Shown here: in pieces, positions 38,844 through 49,076 of the stretch
How positions within the stretch are numbered: position 1 is the first letter of the stretch
Layout of the letters: each line of letters starts with the position of its first letter
DNA from: Candidatus Obscuribacteraceae bacterium
GTDB taxonomy: Bacteria > Cyanobacteriota > Vampirovibrionia > Obscuribacterales > Obscuribacteraceae
Assembly (NCBI GenBank): GCA_044229845.1
Contig: JBGASG010000009.1
Span: 1-64,000 of the forward strand
DNA: 64,000 bases
Direction: 5' to 3'
The notes under the pieces: model-generated
What the model was told of the DNA's origin: nothing
What the model saw: only the letters and a program-made list of their open reading frames with translations
Database searches by the model: none
Program-made: the position numbers and the translations under genes

Positions 38844-40853
38844 CTATTTGCCTGATTTCAACGTCTGCTTGCGAGCTTCACGCGCTCGATTCAGATAGAT
38901 GTGTTGGGGAAAACTTTTGGGTGCATCCGACCAGTATTGCTGCGCCCGCGCGAGACATTGGTCTCCGTGGGTTATGTCATGCGCCGGATAAAAGCAGAGT
39001 GCTCGCTGCAACTCGATGTAGCCGAGATAGTGACGCCGGGTCAAATGGTCTACAATTTTCTCTGCGATCGGAAGCGAACTGGCGAAGGTGCGCTCAGCTG
39101 CGGCGTATTGGTGGCGGTCGTGTTCAATCTGTCCCTTCAGGTGCACGATGCGGCATAGAGCGGAGGGGCTTCGCTCTGCCGGCTTGAGTTTACTCTTCCC
39201 TTGTTGCAGGTCTTTCAGAAGAGTCTCTGCTGCTTTGAGTTTCTTCTCCATGCAGAGCACCTCCGCCAGAGCCAGCGTGCCGGCAAAGACCAAACCGGAG
39301 TTATCGCCGGGCGCCCGCCGCGCGTAGTCGAGAGCTTTTCGGCGCGACAGCTCGGCTTGCGACTGACGCTGCAGTGCTGACTGCGCTCTTGCTACGCGCG
39401 ACCAGCCGGCAAAGCATTGTTGGTATGCCGTGAACGGAGGTGGTCCGTCCAGGGCTTGAAATTCGTTCTCCCAGAGACTGGTAGCTTCCTGGGCACACAG
39501 CAGCGCCTTTTCCTCTTCGAAAATATTGGTCCACGCATCGGCTTGTTGGTAGGCCACGGTGGCACGATAGCCGGGATTGAAGCGGGCGCTCCGGGCTGAA
39601 ACCTCATCGAGAAGCTTGAGTGGAGTTTGGTAGTCTCCGGTTTCGCCCAGCGCTCGCGCCAGCGCTAACTTGATATCGCAGGAAAGCAATTGATCGACGG
39701 GCAGTCTATGGGCATCAGCTAGTTCGTTGGCTCGCTGAAGATGTTTGACGGCCTCGGCAGGCTGCGCCGTATCGAGCAATTGAACGCCGCGCAGATAGGC
39801 TTGTCGCGGTTCGCCAGCGGCTGGCGGGGGTGGCGTATTGTCACCCCAGTGCGTGCCATTGTAATAGTTGACCACCGCCAGCAGCATCACTGCACCACAA
39901 ATGGTACCAATCACCCCGGACCACCGCCGGCGAATTTTGGTGCCGCTGCCGGCATCCAGCCGGTCGCCGGAGAGTCTGGCTGGTGCACTGCGTGGTGGGG
40001 TACCAGCCAGCAGAGCTTCCAGATCCTCGCGCAGCTCGTTGGTGTTGCCGTAGCGGCGAGACGGTTGTTTGGCCAGACACTTAGCGATGATGTGTTGTTG
40101 GTCGCGACTGAGCGAATTCCATTTCGCAGAGCGGGAGATGGGGTCGTTCATGTGTTGGAACATGACGGCAACGCCATTGTCGGCGAGAAACGGGGCTTCG
40201 CCCGTGAAGCACTCGAAAAGCACGCAGCCCAGAGCGTAGATATCGGTACCTGCTCCTACCGGCAGACCCATGCACTGTTCAGGGCTCATGTAGAGGACAC
40301 TGCCGATAGCCATTCCGGTTTGCGTGAGCTTTTGCTGACCGTCTATGCCGGTGATTTTCGCGACTCCAAAGTCGATCAGTTTTATGTGCGGTTCAGAGCT
40401 GGTGCTGTCGGCGCACTCGATCAAGATGTTTGACGGTTTGATGTCGCGGTGAAAAATGTCTTGTGCGTGTGCATGGGCTAGCGCCAGGCAGACTTGAATG
40501 CAGATCTGCAGCGTCAGCTTCTGGTCGAGGATGCTGCCGTTTTCGGGAAGTAGTTCATGCAGGCTGCGCCCGGACAGCCTTTCCATTGCTATATACGGAT
40601 AGCTCTTCCATGAACCGTAAGCGTAAAACTGCACGATGTTTGAGTGGGATAGCCGGCTGAGAATCCGGGCCTCGCGCTCGAATCTGGCTTGTTCGCGGGG
40701 GTCTGCGCTGGGCGCGTAGGTGAGAAACTTGAGGGCGACCAGACGATCGACGCTCACTTGGCGGCATTCATAGACGACCCCCATGCCACCAGATCCGATG
40801 CTTCTCTGGATTTCGAATTTGTTATCAATGATGGCGCCGGCTGGTATGAACAT
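38844..40853 (-). CDS. Ser/Thr protein kinase with TM and TPR-like C-terminus
   Basis: GSGGMGVV, VALK, HRDIKPSN, DFG, GSVLYMSPEQ. Confidence 0.95.
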   Translation of the reverse strand: MFIPAGAIIDNKFEIQRSIGSGGMGVVYECRQVSVDRLVALKFLTYAPSADPREQARFEREARILSRLSHSNIVQFYAYGSWKSYPYIAMERLSGRSLHELLPENGSILDQKLTLQICIQVCLALAHAHAQDIFHRDIKPSNILIECADSTSSEPHIKLIDFGVAKITGIDGQQKLTQTGMAIGSVLYMSPEQCMGLPVGAGTDIYALGCVLFECFTGEAPFLADNGVAVMFQHMNDPISRSAKWNSLSRDQQHIIAKCLAKQPSRRYGNTNELREDLEALLAGTPPRSAPARLSGDRLDAGSGTKIRRRWSGVIGTICGAVMLLAVVNYYNGTHWGDNTPPPPAAGEPRQAYLRGVQLLDTAQPAEAVKHLQRANELADAHRLPVDQLLSCDIKLALARALGETGDYQTPLKLLDEVSARSARFNPGYRATVAYQQADAWTNIFEEEKALLCAQEATSLWENEFQALDGPPPFTAYQQCFAGWSRVARAQSALQRQSQAELSRRKALDYARRAPGDNSGLVFAGTLALAEVLCMEKKLKAAETLLKDLQQGKSKLKPAERSPSALCRIVHLKGQIEHDRHQYAAAERTFASSLPIAEKIVDHLTRRHYLGYIELQRALCFYPAHDITHGDQCLARAQQYWSDAPKSFPQHIYLNRAREARKQTLKSGK

Positions 40854-42827
40854 CACTTCGACAGAGCCTGCCCGGTTAGTTTTGCGCTTTCGATTCTTGG
40901 GGTGAAGGTTGCCAGTGCTGTGGAATCGTTGTCGGTGGACATGATCTGGCGGGCTTCGGACCATGTCTTGTCGGCAATCTCTGTTTTTCCGGTCTTATAA
41001 TAGTGCCCGGCTAAATGTGCAAGCGATACGGCCATCTGATGATTGCGGGCTTGACCCTGTACTTTTGACGCGGTGTCGAGCGCGTCTTTGTAGTACTTGA
41101 GCGCCAGGTCGGACTCGCCGTGCTTTTGTTCGAGCTCAGCGAACATACACAGCCCATCGATTTTGGTGCACAGATAATTGGTGTCAGTAGGCGGAACATC
41201 CACGCTTGCCGTCCAATCCAGCCAGTCCTGGATACGTTGCATGCCTTCCGGCTTGCGCTGCTGGTTGAGGTTTTTAGCCAGGTTGATCATGCTGGCGGAG
41301 ACAACGTCCGGGTGAGATTGAGTTCTTGTGAGAGCCAGTGCCTTGCGCCTCAGCGGTTCAGCTTTGTTCCAATCGTTGGTGCTTTCGTACGCCTCGGCCA
41401 GGCGAGCGAGCGCTTCGGAGTAGAGGCGATTGGTGTTGCTGTTTTCGCCGTACTCTTTTAGTGCGGCTTCGGCGGCGGTCACCGCTTTCTCTGCAACAGC
41501 GCGAGCTTCCGCGATCTTGTTCTGGCTGAACAATGTGTATGTCCAGTCTTTGTAAAAGTCACACTGGTCGGTGGGCGGAATTTTGGTAACCAGCGGAGCA
41601 CCTTGTTCGTAAACGCGACCGGCTTCCTCAATGCGATTGAGTCGATGCAGAGTCTGGGCAAGATGGTGCTTGATCTGGCATCTAGTAATCAAACTTGTCT
41701 TGTCCGGATACTCTTGCGCTAACTGATCGGCGCGAGCATAAGCCCTGGCTGCCTGTGCAAATTGCTCTCCATGGAAGAGAAGATCGGCGCGGCTGTGTGC
41801 AATCGATGCGCTGGTGATGCGTTGTAGATCGTCCCCCGGCGCGCTGCCACCCGTTTCGCTTTCGTGGTGGGGCTGCAACCAGATTTCGAGGGCAGTGGCG
41901 GCGATTAATAACAAACAAGCCATTGCCGGCACCAGAAGGCGCAGTCGTGCCGAGGAAGCCGCGCCGGCTGTGAGCGGCGAATTGCCTGGGACGCGATTTG
42001 GCGGCTTTCGCGTGGCGCTATCTTGATTTACGCAGGGCGCACCGGAGTTGAGCAGGTCCTCGAGATCGGCGCGCAGGTCTGCGGCGTTGGCATAGCGATC
42101 TTTCGGTTTCTTCGCCATGCAGCGCTGAATCAAAGCTTGCGCTTTCGGGGTCAGCCAGTTGAAGCGCTCACTTTTGCCGACTGGTTCATTGATGTGTTGA
42201 AACATCACCGCCACGCCATTGTCCGCGAGGAATGGCGGCTGTCCCGTCAGGCACTCATACAGCAAGCATCCGACCGCATAGATATCGGTACGAGCATTGA
42301 CTTCGCCTCCGACACACTGCTCGGGACTCATGTACATGACGCTGCCCATGGCTTACCTTCAAAGAAGGCTTATCGAGATTGTGCGGACTGGTGAGGATGA
42401 TGTTGGACGGTTTGATGTCTCGATGCAGAACTCCCACTTCGTGAGCATGTTCGAGCGCCAGGCAGACTTCGATGGCAATCTTGAGCGCCAGCCCAGCATC
42501 GATGCCGGTTTCGTAATCGGCAAGGAACTCATGAAGACTTATACCCGATAGTTTTTCCATCGCCAGGTAGGGGTAAATCCGCCACATCCCGTAAGCGTGG
42601 AACTGGACGATGTTGGGATGAGAGAGGCGGCTCAAGATTATCGCTTCGCGCTCGAACCGTTTCAATTCATTCTGGTCGTCGCTGGGTGCGTAGGTGAGGA
42701 GCTTCAGTGCCACCAGCCGATCCATGTCGGCTTGCAGTGCTTCGTAGACGATGCCCATGCCTCCCGATCCGATGGTGCCCCGGATCCGGTATTTGTCATC
42801 GAGGATGGTGTCATTGCTGAGAAACAT
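40853..42827 (-). pseudogene. Ser/Thr kinase-TM-TPR gene split by a frameshifting deletion of the DFG/activation loop
   Basis: N-half 42827 to ~42353 ends ...SLKV; C-half resumes AMGSVMYMSPEQ in another frame; no DFG present. Confidence 0.85.
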
Positions 42828-42834
42828 GACGAGC

Positions 42835-44679
42835 CTATTCGGGCAGGGGATCGTGGTCTTCTGATACCGGTATCCTGAACCAAAAATTGCTGCCTTGCCC
42901 CACTTCGCTTTCGACGCCGATGATGCCGCCGTGCGCCTCTACAATAGATTTGCAGATGGCCAGTCCAAGACCGGTGCCTCCTTTTTCCAGGCGATCGGAC
43001 AATTGCACTTGGTGAAACCTCTCGAAGATCAAAGCTTTCTGCGATGGCGGCACGCCGCGCCCTTCGTCGATGACATTGACGTGCAACCAGCCTCTGTCGT
43101 CTTCCTGGCAGCGAACGCTCACCTTGCCGTCGCGGGGTGAAAACTTGATGGCGTTCGAGAGCAGATTGATCATCACCTGCACGAGCTTGGCGCCGTCGGC
43201 CATGATTTCCAGTCCCGTTTCCGGTGCTTCCAGTGACACCTGTTGCATCTCGGCCGAGTGTGCCACCACCGATAGCGAGCGAGAAACAATCGAGTCGACC
43301 GAGACCGGACCGGCTTCCATCTGCAGTCTTCCAGACTGCATTTTCTCGATGTCCAGCAAGCTGTTGATCATTTCGACGAGCCGTTTGATTTCCGTCTCAG
43401 CCTGGCTGACCAGTGCTTCACCTCGTTCATCGAGATTGCCGACCGTGCTCGAGCCCAGTATATGCAAGGTGTTTTGAATCATAGTCAAAGGTGTGCGCAG
43501 GTCGTGGCTTACCATGCTCACCAGTTGTCTCTTAAGTTGTTCGACGGCGTGGCGTTCGCTGACATCGAGAATGGCTGCCAGCAACTTGCGCGCACCGCTC
43601 ATGGTGAATTCCGTCAGTGAAACTTGCACCGGCACCGGTGACCGATCTTTTTTGATGCCGGTCATGTCGACGATGCCGCCCAGACAGCGGTTGATGGTGT
43701 CACTCATGGCAGACGGATCTTTGCCGAACTCGTTGGTGAACAGCACAGAAAGGTGCTCGCCGAGAAGATCGTCCCATTTGTAGTTGAACAGGTTGTCAGT
43801 TTGATTGTTGGTCATCTCAATAAAGCCGCGCTCGTCCATGATCAAAAGACCGACCGGCATACTCTCCATAATCAAACGGATGCGCGATTCGCTCTCGCGC
43901 AGCAACTCTTCAGCCAGTTTGCGGTGCGTGATGTCGTGAGCGACGCAAAAGTACGCCTGTTCTTCCGACGACCAGTAGACCGACCACGACACACTGAGCG
44001 TGGTGCCTTCCTTGGTGACGATGGTGCTCTCGAACTTGCTCTGTTTCTCAGCCCGGGCTTGCAAGAGACCTTTGCTGGTTTCTTCCGCCTCGCCCGCGGC
44101 AACGAACTCCGTGAGCGTTCTGCCGATCAGTTCGCGCTGGGCGTATTTCCAGAGTTTCTCCACAGATGGGCTGACCGACACAAATTCGAAATTGCGATTG
44201 AGCGAGCAGATCACGTCCATGGCATTGTCGAGAATGGCCCGCTCGCGTTTGGCTGCGCCTTCGACTGCGCGAGCCATGTCGTGGAAAATCTGATCGAGGC
44301 GCGACAGTTCGTCGCTGCCCGTGAGCACCGGGTGCAGCGGTTCGTTACGGGCGAAACGGCGTGAGTTGTCCACGGCGCGCGCCAGACGCTTTTTGATGCT
44401 GGAGCCGAAGACCACCACCACAGCTACGCTGGCGGCTATATTGACCAGGCTGCCGAACAGGACAGTTTGTTCGATCAGTTGCCGATAGTGTTGCGATGAA
44501 TGGGCGGGCGGATGGCTGGCCGAGGACTGGGCTGCTTGTCCTGATTCGAATGTGGTCGCCAGTTCTTCTTCGTGCACCAGAAAGAGCAACGCCGCCATGA
44601 TGCAGATGCCCAATGCCACGGGCACCGCCACGAGAATGAGCCCTTTATGGGTTATCGACTGGTTGGAGAGAGTAAGCAT
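42835..44679 (-). CDS. Sensor histidine kinase (2TM-HAMP-PAS-PAS-HisKA-HATPase)
   Basis: [30 protein letters not shown]. Confidence 0.95.
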   Translation of the reverse strand: MLTLSNQSITHKGLILVAVPVALGICIMAALLFLVHEEELATTFESGQAAQSSASHPPAHSSQHYRQLIEQTVLFGSLVNIAASVAVVVVFGSSIKKRLARAVDNSRRFARNEPLHPVLTGSDELSRLDQIFHDMARAVEGAAKRERAILDNAMDVICSLNRNFEFVSVSPSVEKLWKYAQRELIGRTLTEFVAAGEAEETSKGLLQARAEKQSKFESTIVTKEGTTLSVSWSVYWSSEEQAYFCVAHDITHRKLAEELLRESESRIRLIMESMPVGLLIMDERGFIEMTNNQTDNLFNYKWDDLLGEHLSVLFTNEFGKDPSAMSDTINRCLGGIVDMTGIKKDRSPVPVQVSLTEFTMSGARKLLAAILDVSERHAVEQLKRQLVSMVSHDLRTPLTMIQNTLHILGSSTVGNLDERGEALVSQAETEIKRLVEMINSLLDIEKMQSGRLQMEAGPVSVDSIVSRSLSVVAHSAEMQQVSLEAPETGLEIMADGAKLVQVMINLLSNAIKFSPRDGKVSVRCQEDDRGWLHVNVIDEGRGVPPSQKALIFERFHQVQLSDRLEKGGTGLGLAICKSIVEAHGGIIGVESEVGQGSNFWFRIPVSEDHDPLPE

Positions 44680-44892
44680 GACGCCCTGTGGGCAATACGC
44701 CGAAAGTTTAGCCCCAGTGGCCCTTTACCCCATAGATAGACTAAGAAAACGTCTAGATCTAGATCTGGCAGTGACGGACTGCTTGCCAAGGGCTGGGTCG
44801 TGGGCGGTGGTTTATTATTATCAGTGCCTGAATACGGCGCGTCAGGACTGCGGCCGGGTAGCGGTATCAAATATGGTGCAAGGAGTAGAGCG

Positions 44893-45690
44893 ATGGGACT
44901 GGACACATACGGCGGCGGCGTACTGCTCGTGCTGGGCAGCGCGATTCTGGCTGTAATCGGACTTCTGATCACGCGCAAAGTTATCGATCTCGATCGCCTG
45001 CGCGCGTCGCACGATGTCGGCGGTTACTTGCTGTCCGTCGTCGGCACGCTCTATGCGGTATTGCTGGGGTTGGTTGTCGTTGACGCTATGTCCAAGTTTT
45101 CGCTGGCGCGAGAAGTGACTGAGCGCGAAGCCAACTGCCTGGCTGACGTGTATGTTCTGGCTGAATGCCTGCCTGAGAAGAAACGAGACGAGGTGCGAAC
45201 CATCTGCGTCAACTACGCCAGTGCAGTCATCGACACGGAGTGGGACGACATGGACGAGGGTGCTTACTGTCCGGTAGCTCACAAGACAGCAGTGGATCTC
45301 ATGCAATCGCTGATGAATTTCGAACCGGTTAGCGAGAATCAAAAGGCACTTTTCCCGCTCATAGTGGCGGATGCGGGAGATATGTGGAAGGCGCGTCGAC
45401 AGCGCATCAACATGGCTTTGAACGGAATTGATAATGCTGAATGGTTCACGCTCATTGTCGGTGGTGCGATCACGATCTTCTTCACCTTCTTCTTCGGCCT
45501 GGAAAATCTCAAGTTGCAGATCGCCATGACAGCAATGGTGGCAGTGCTGATCTCGCTGAACGTTTATCTGGTGGCACTGTTCGGATATCCCTTCTCCGGT
45601 GATCTGAAAATCGGCACGGATTCTTTTCGCATCGACCAGGGGATTTTCGATAATCGGGTCGGCTTGCGCACCGGGGCGGGTATTCATTAA
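44893..45690 (+). CDS. DUF4239 / bestrophin-like membrane protein
   Basis: VGTLYAVLLGLVV..EANCL..YASAVIDTEW..YPFSGD; AGGAG RBS. Confidence 0.8.
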   Translation: MGLDTYGGGVLLVLGSAILAVIGLLITRKVIDLDRLRASHDVGGYLLSVVGTLYAVLLGLVVVDAMSKFSLAREVTEREANCLADVYVLAECLPEKKRDEVRTICVNYASAVIDTEWDDMDEGAYCPVAHKTAVDLMQSLMNFEPVSENQKALFPLIVADAGDMWKARRQRINMALNGIDNAEWFTLIVGGAITIFFTFFFGLENLKLQIAMTAMVAVLISLNVYLVALFGYPFSGDLKIGTDSFRIDQGIFDNRVGLRTGAGIH

Positions 45691-45764
45691 GACAGGTGGG
45701 TTGGGCTCAGTGTCTGAAAGTGGCCATGAGCAGCACGTTTAGAGCCGCATCCCATAGGCTTTTT

Positions 45765-45799
45765 GCTTTCCAATGCCCTTGTTGGAAAGCTTCGTGATA
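45765..45799. promoter_or_regulatory. Second copy of the zinc-ribbon operator-like palindrome
   Basis: GCTTTCCAA-N8-TTGGAAAGC followed by ttCGTGATA. Confidence 0.6.
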
Positions 45800-45854
45800 A
45801 TTATCTTGGCAGCGACGGATTTGCTGGGAGCCGGCGCGTGCACTGGGTGAAAAA

Positions 45855-46190
45855 ATGAAAAGCGAGATGGGAAACGACCTCCACCGTCGTGTCTGGTGGA
45901 TTTGTCCGGCCGGTCCGGGGCATGTTTGGCAAAGCGACAGTGCGGAGCCCACAGCTGAGGGCGCCGGTCCGGGATGTCCCTGCTGCGCAGGTGGGCATCC
46001 GAGTGTCGAGGATTGCCTGAAAGCTGTTCATCAGAAGCCCAATCAGTGGCGCGGCTCTGAGCCTTCCTTTCACAGGCGCGGATGGTGGCGCTGCACTATC
46101 AACGAACAACATTACTTTTTCATTCCACCAGAAATGGATACTGCTAGCGAGGGACCGCTGCCGGATTGCCCGTTTTGCTTTGGACACTGA
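45855..46190 (+). CDS. Small two-domain treble-clef zinc-ribbon protein
   Basis: VWWICPAGPGHVWQS..GCPCCAG; WWRCTINEQHYF..CPFC. Confidence 0.8.
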   Translation: MKSEMGNDLHRRVWWICPAGPGHVWQSDSAEPTAEGAGPGCPCCAGGHPSVEDCLKAVHQKPNQWRGSEPSFHRRGWWRCTINEQHYFFIPPEMDTASEGPLPDCPFCFGH

Positions 46191-46203
46191 TTATGTCCAG
46201 TAA

Positions 46204-46368
46204 TGCCCGGTTGGCGTGCCGGAAGCCGGGCAAACGAGCGTTCCTGAGCTAGCACTACATACAGTGGCAGTGAGCTCTGCCTGTTCAATGCCACCGTAGA
46301 CCGGATGACTCGATCTGACGATCGGGTCATTCTGTCGTCCAGCCCAGCCGGAATCGTGAGATTTCCGG
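46204..46368 (+). ncRNA. Candidate structured RNA (four consecutive hairpins), unclassified
   Basis: Stems at 46204-46232, 46260-46298, 46299-46336 and 46348-46368; G-U pairs and a GNRA loop (GUGA) work on the plus strand. Confidence 0.35.
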
Positions 46369-46381
46369 GTATAGTGGCTCT

Positions 46382-48511
46382 ATGGAGCGCAAACCACCTG
46401 AAGTCAAGCAACAAGAGGAATTGCCCGAGCTGCGCGCGGTCGATGAAGAGAATTCCACGCGCACGAAATCGGCAGCTGACAGCAGCAGCGTCAATAAGGC
46501 GTACAAGCGTGCCCAAGCTCTCGTAGGCAAGCAGATCGGCGGGCACTACGAAATCATCACGCTGTTATCCAGCGGCGGCATGAGTGCGGTGTTCAAGGCT
46601 CGGCACGTGATCCTGGACCGCATAATGGCTATCAAGGTTGTGCTCAGCGATGATGCCATTGACGAGAGCAGCGTCCGGCGTTTTAAGCAGGAAGCGGCGG
46701 CCACTATTGCTTTGAACCATCCGCACATAGTGAAGGTCACCGAATTCGGGGTCGACGAAAGTGCCGGGCCGTTTCTCGTCATGGAATGGCTCGACGGACT
46801 ATCGCTGCGAGAAGTCTTCGAAAATACCGACAAGCTGGGCACCGAACGTAGTATCAAAATTGCGCGCCAGACGTGTGAGGCGCTCGAACACGCTCACCAG
46901 CACGGCATCGTTCATCGCGACATCAAGCCAGCCAACATTATGCTTCTCAAGGATGCAGACGGCAACGACGTAGTGAAGGTGGTCGACTTCGGGATCGCCA
47001 AAATTTTGAGCGGCGAAGAGTTGCAGCAGCATCTGACGCAGACGAGCGAGATGCTCGGCACACCGCAGTATATGTCGCCCGAGCAGTGCCTGGGTAATCC
47101 GCTCGATAAGCGCAGCGACATCTATTCTTTGGGATGCGTGGTGTACGAGATGCTGAGCGGTCACCCACCGCATCGCGGCGAGAACATCCTGCAGACCTTG
47201 CATAAGCATGTAAGTGATGCGGCGGACCCGATTGCCGGCGTTTCGTCGCAGCTGAATCAAGTAGTTGCGAAGTCGATGGCGAAGGATGCGCAGGATCGAT
47301 TTCAGTCCGCGTCTGAGTTTTCATCCGCTCTGGCAAATCCCAGTATGGTGCCGGTGCGCAAGCCACCGGCGCCGGGGCGCCGAACGTCGGGATGGGTTTG
47401 GGGCGCCGTTGGCGCGCTGATGTTGATGCTGCTTACCGCAGCTGCGGTCTTTACCTATTCACTGATTCCGTCCGACTGGAATCCGGCAAAACCTGGACCC
47501 GACGGCTGGACCTGGCACTATGAAGATCCGGGCGTATTTCTCAATTACGAGGAGTACGAGAAACGGCAGGACCAGCTGGACAAGTCGGCAAAGTACATCA
47601 ATAGTTTCTTGCGCAGTCCCAAGTCGCTAAATCGAGATGAGATGGCTCGCCATCTGGGTTTCTTTGAAGAATTTCTTGTGGATGATGAAGGCACCACGTA
47701 CGAGCCTGGACATTCTTATCCATATTACGAGCGCTGTGTTGAAGCTGATGGGATGATGAAGAAGTTGATTGCCATCCCGGCAATTGCGAAGGATCCGCAT
47801 CTGGCCGCTCGCGTGCACGAAATTGCTTCGCTGGGTGCCTATGGCAGGAGAGACTTTCCGCGATGCGTGACTGAGGGGCAGAAGGCCCTGGAACCATGGA
47901 AACAGCTCAAAGAGATTTACACCAAACCTTACTACCGCACTCAACTGCGAGTGGCGAATGCACTCTTCTGGCAGAAGAAGTATGAGGATGCGAACAGCGA
48001 GTATCTGAAAACGGACATGGTCGCATTTCCGCGCGTGGTGAAAAGTCTGTACGATCCGCGTTTGGGCTTCATCCACGCGCGCCGAGGCGACTGCAGTCTG
48101 CGGGCGGGCATTCCAGTGCATGCCGCTTCCAGCTATATGCTGGCGGAGTCCCACTGGTTGAGCACGAAGTATTGGAAGCAAGACGCGGCGATCGGAGTGT
48201 TGTATTTGAATTACATTGGTGCCACCACGGGAGATTGGCCTTCGCCCAACACGATTTCCGTGCCGGACAATGTGAAGGGGGTCCGCTATGACGAGCGTTG
48301 TTTACCTGAATTGCGGGAAGCCTTCAAAGACTCACAGTACTATCCGGTAGTGCTTCGCCAGTATGCGTCGGTTCTCTGGAAGGAGAAACGCTACGCGGAA
48401 GCACTGCAACTAAGTTTTGAAGCGCGTTTCATGGATGTGTCCAGGAAAGAGAAACTGAGGGCTTATCCGCTTGTGAAAAACGAACTGCAGAAGCAGACGA
48501 CTGATCCTTAG
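46382..48511 (+). CDS. Ser/Thr protein kinase with TM and extracytoplasmic TPR-like domain
   Basis: SSGGMSAV, MAIK, HRDIKPAN, DFG, GTPQYMSPEQ. Confidence 0.95.
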   Translation: MERKPPEVKQQEELPELRAVDEENSTRTKSAADSSSVNKAYKRAQALVGKQIGGHYEIITLLSSGGMSAVFKARHVILDRIMAIKVVLSDDAIDESSVRRFKQEAAATIALNHPHIVKVTEFGVDESAGPFLVMEWLDGLSLREVFENTDKLGTERSIKIARQTCEALEHAHQHGIVHRDIKPANIMLLKDADGNDVVKVVDFGIAKILSGEELQQHLTQTSEMLGTPQYMSPEQCLGNPLDKRSDIYSLGCVVYEMLSGHPPHRGENILQTLHKHVSDAADPIAGVSSQLNQVVAKSMAKDAQDRFQSASEFSSALANPSMVPVRKPPAPGRRTSGWVWGAVGALMLMLLTAAAVFTYSLIPSDWNPAKPGPDGWTWHYEDPGVFLNYEEYEKRQDQLDKSAKYINSFLRSPKSLNRDEMARHLGFFEEFLVDDEGTTYEPGHSYPYYERCVEADGMMKKLIAIPAIAKDPHLAARVHEIASLGAYGRRDFPRCVTEGQKALEPWKQLKEIYTKPYYRTQLRVANALFWQKKYEDANSEYLKTDMVAFPRVVKSLYDPRLGFIHARRGDCSLRAGIPVHAASSYMLAESHWLSTKYWKQDAAIGVLYLNYIGATTGDWPSPNTISVPDNVKGVRYDERCLPELREAFKDSQYYPVVLRQYASVLWKEKRYAEALQLSFEARFMDVSRKEKLRAYPLVKNELQKQTTDP

Positions 48512-48514
48512 ATT

Positions 48515-48549
48515 GGCGACTGGTCTGCGGTGGGCGACTGGTCTGCGGT
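48515..48549. repeat. 18-bp-period tandem duplication
   Basis: ggcgactggtctgcggt occurs twice directly after the kinase stop codon. Confidence 0.8.
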
Positions 48550-48619
48550 AGGCGGCGCTGATACAATAGGTCGACGCGGCGGAGGTCGGGTACTGTTGCG
48601 CCGCCAGGGAGAAATTGTC

Positions 48620-49054
48620 ATGAGTGGCTGGAAACTGGACTACGTTCCGAGCGATAGCGACGAAGTGCTCGGATTTTTGCAGATGTGCATTGAGCGGCGT
48701 TTTCATCGCGCCGTGCAGCTGGAATTTGAAAAACTGACCCGCATCGACCACTCGCGCATATGGGTTGAGACGGATGTCGGGGGCAGTCCCATGATGATGG
48801 ATCAATCCAGAGCCAGCAATTATTGCTACGGTAAAGGTGTACGCACTATGGGCTGGTCGGCGCATGGCGCTACCTGCGGTGGCTTCGGACCTGGTGTGGA
48901 TGATGAGACGATTCAGAAAGCGCTCGCTGAGACCCTGGAAGAGAAGGTGAGCATCTTTCCGGATGCGCAGCATTATGCGCTGTTTGCGACCGTGTCAGGC
49001 GATCCGCCGCAAATGTTGATCTGGCACAAGGGTCCGCTCAAGCAGACTCCATAA
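48620..49054 (+). CDS. Divergent beta-carbonic-anhydrase-like metalloprotein
   Basis: MCIERRF..VGGS..AHGATCGGF resembles CxDxR..GG..HxxCG; GGGAG RBS. Confidence 0.55.
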   Translation: MSGWKLDYVPSDSDEVLGFLQMCIERRFHRAVQLEFEKLTRIDHSRIWVETDVGGSPMMMDQSRASNYCYGKGVRTMGWSAHGATCGGFGPGVDDETIQKALAETLEEKVSIFPDAQHYALFATVSGDPPQMLIWHKGPLKQTP

Positions 49055-49076
49055 GCATGACGCTCACGGAGGCGGA

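Noticed and set aside
42348..42358. AAG|GTAAG splice-donor-like sequence or programmed frameshift at the kinase break
   Set aside because: Coding sequence is missing rather than inserted, so neither splicing nor frameshifting could restore DFG
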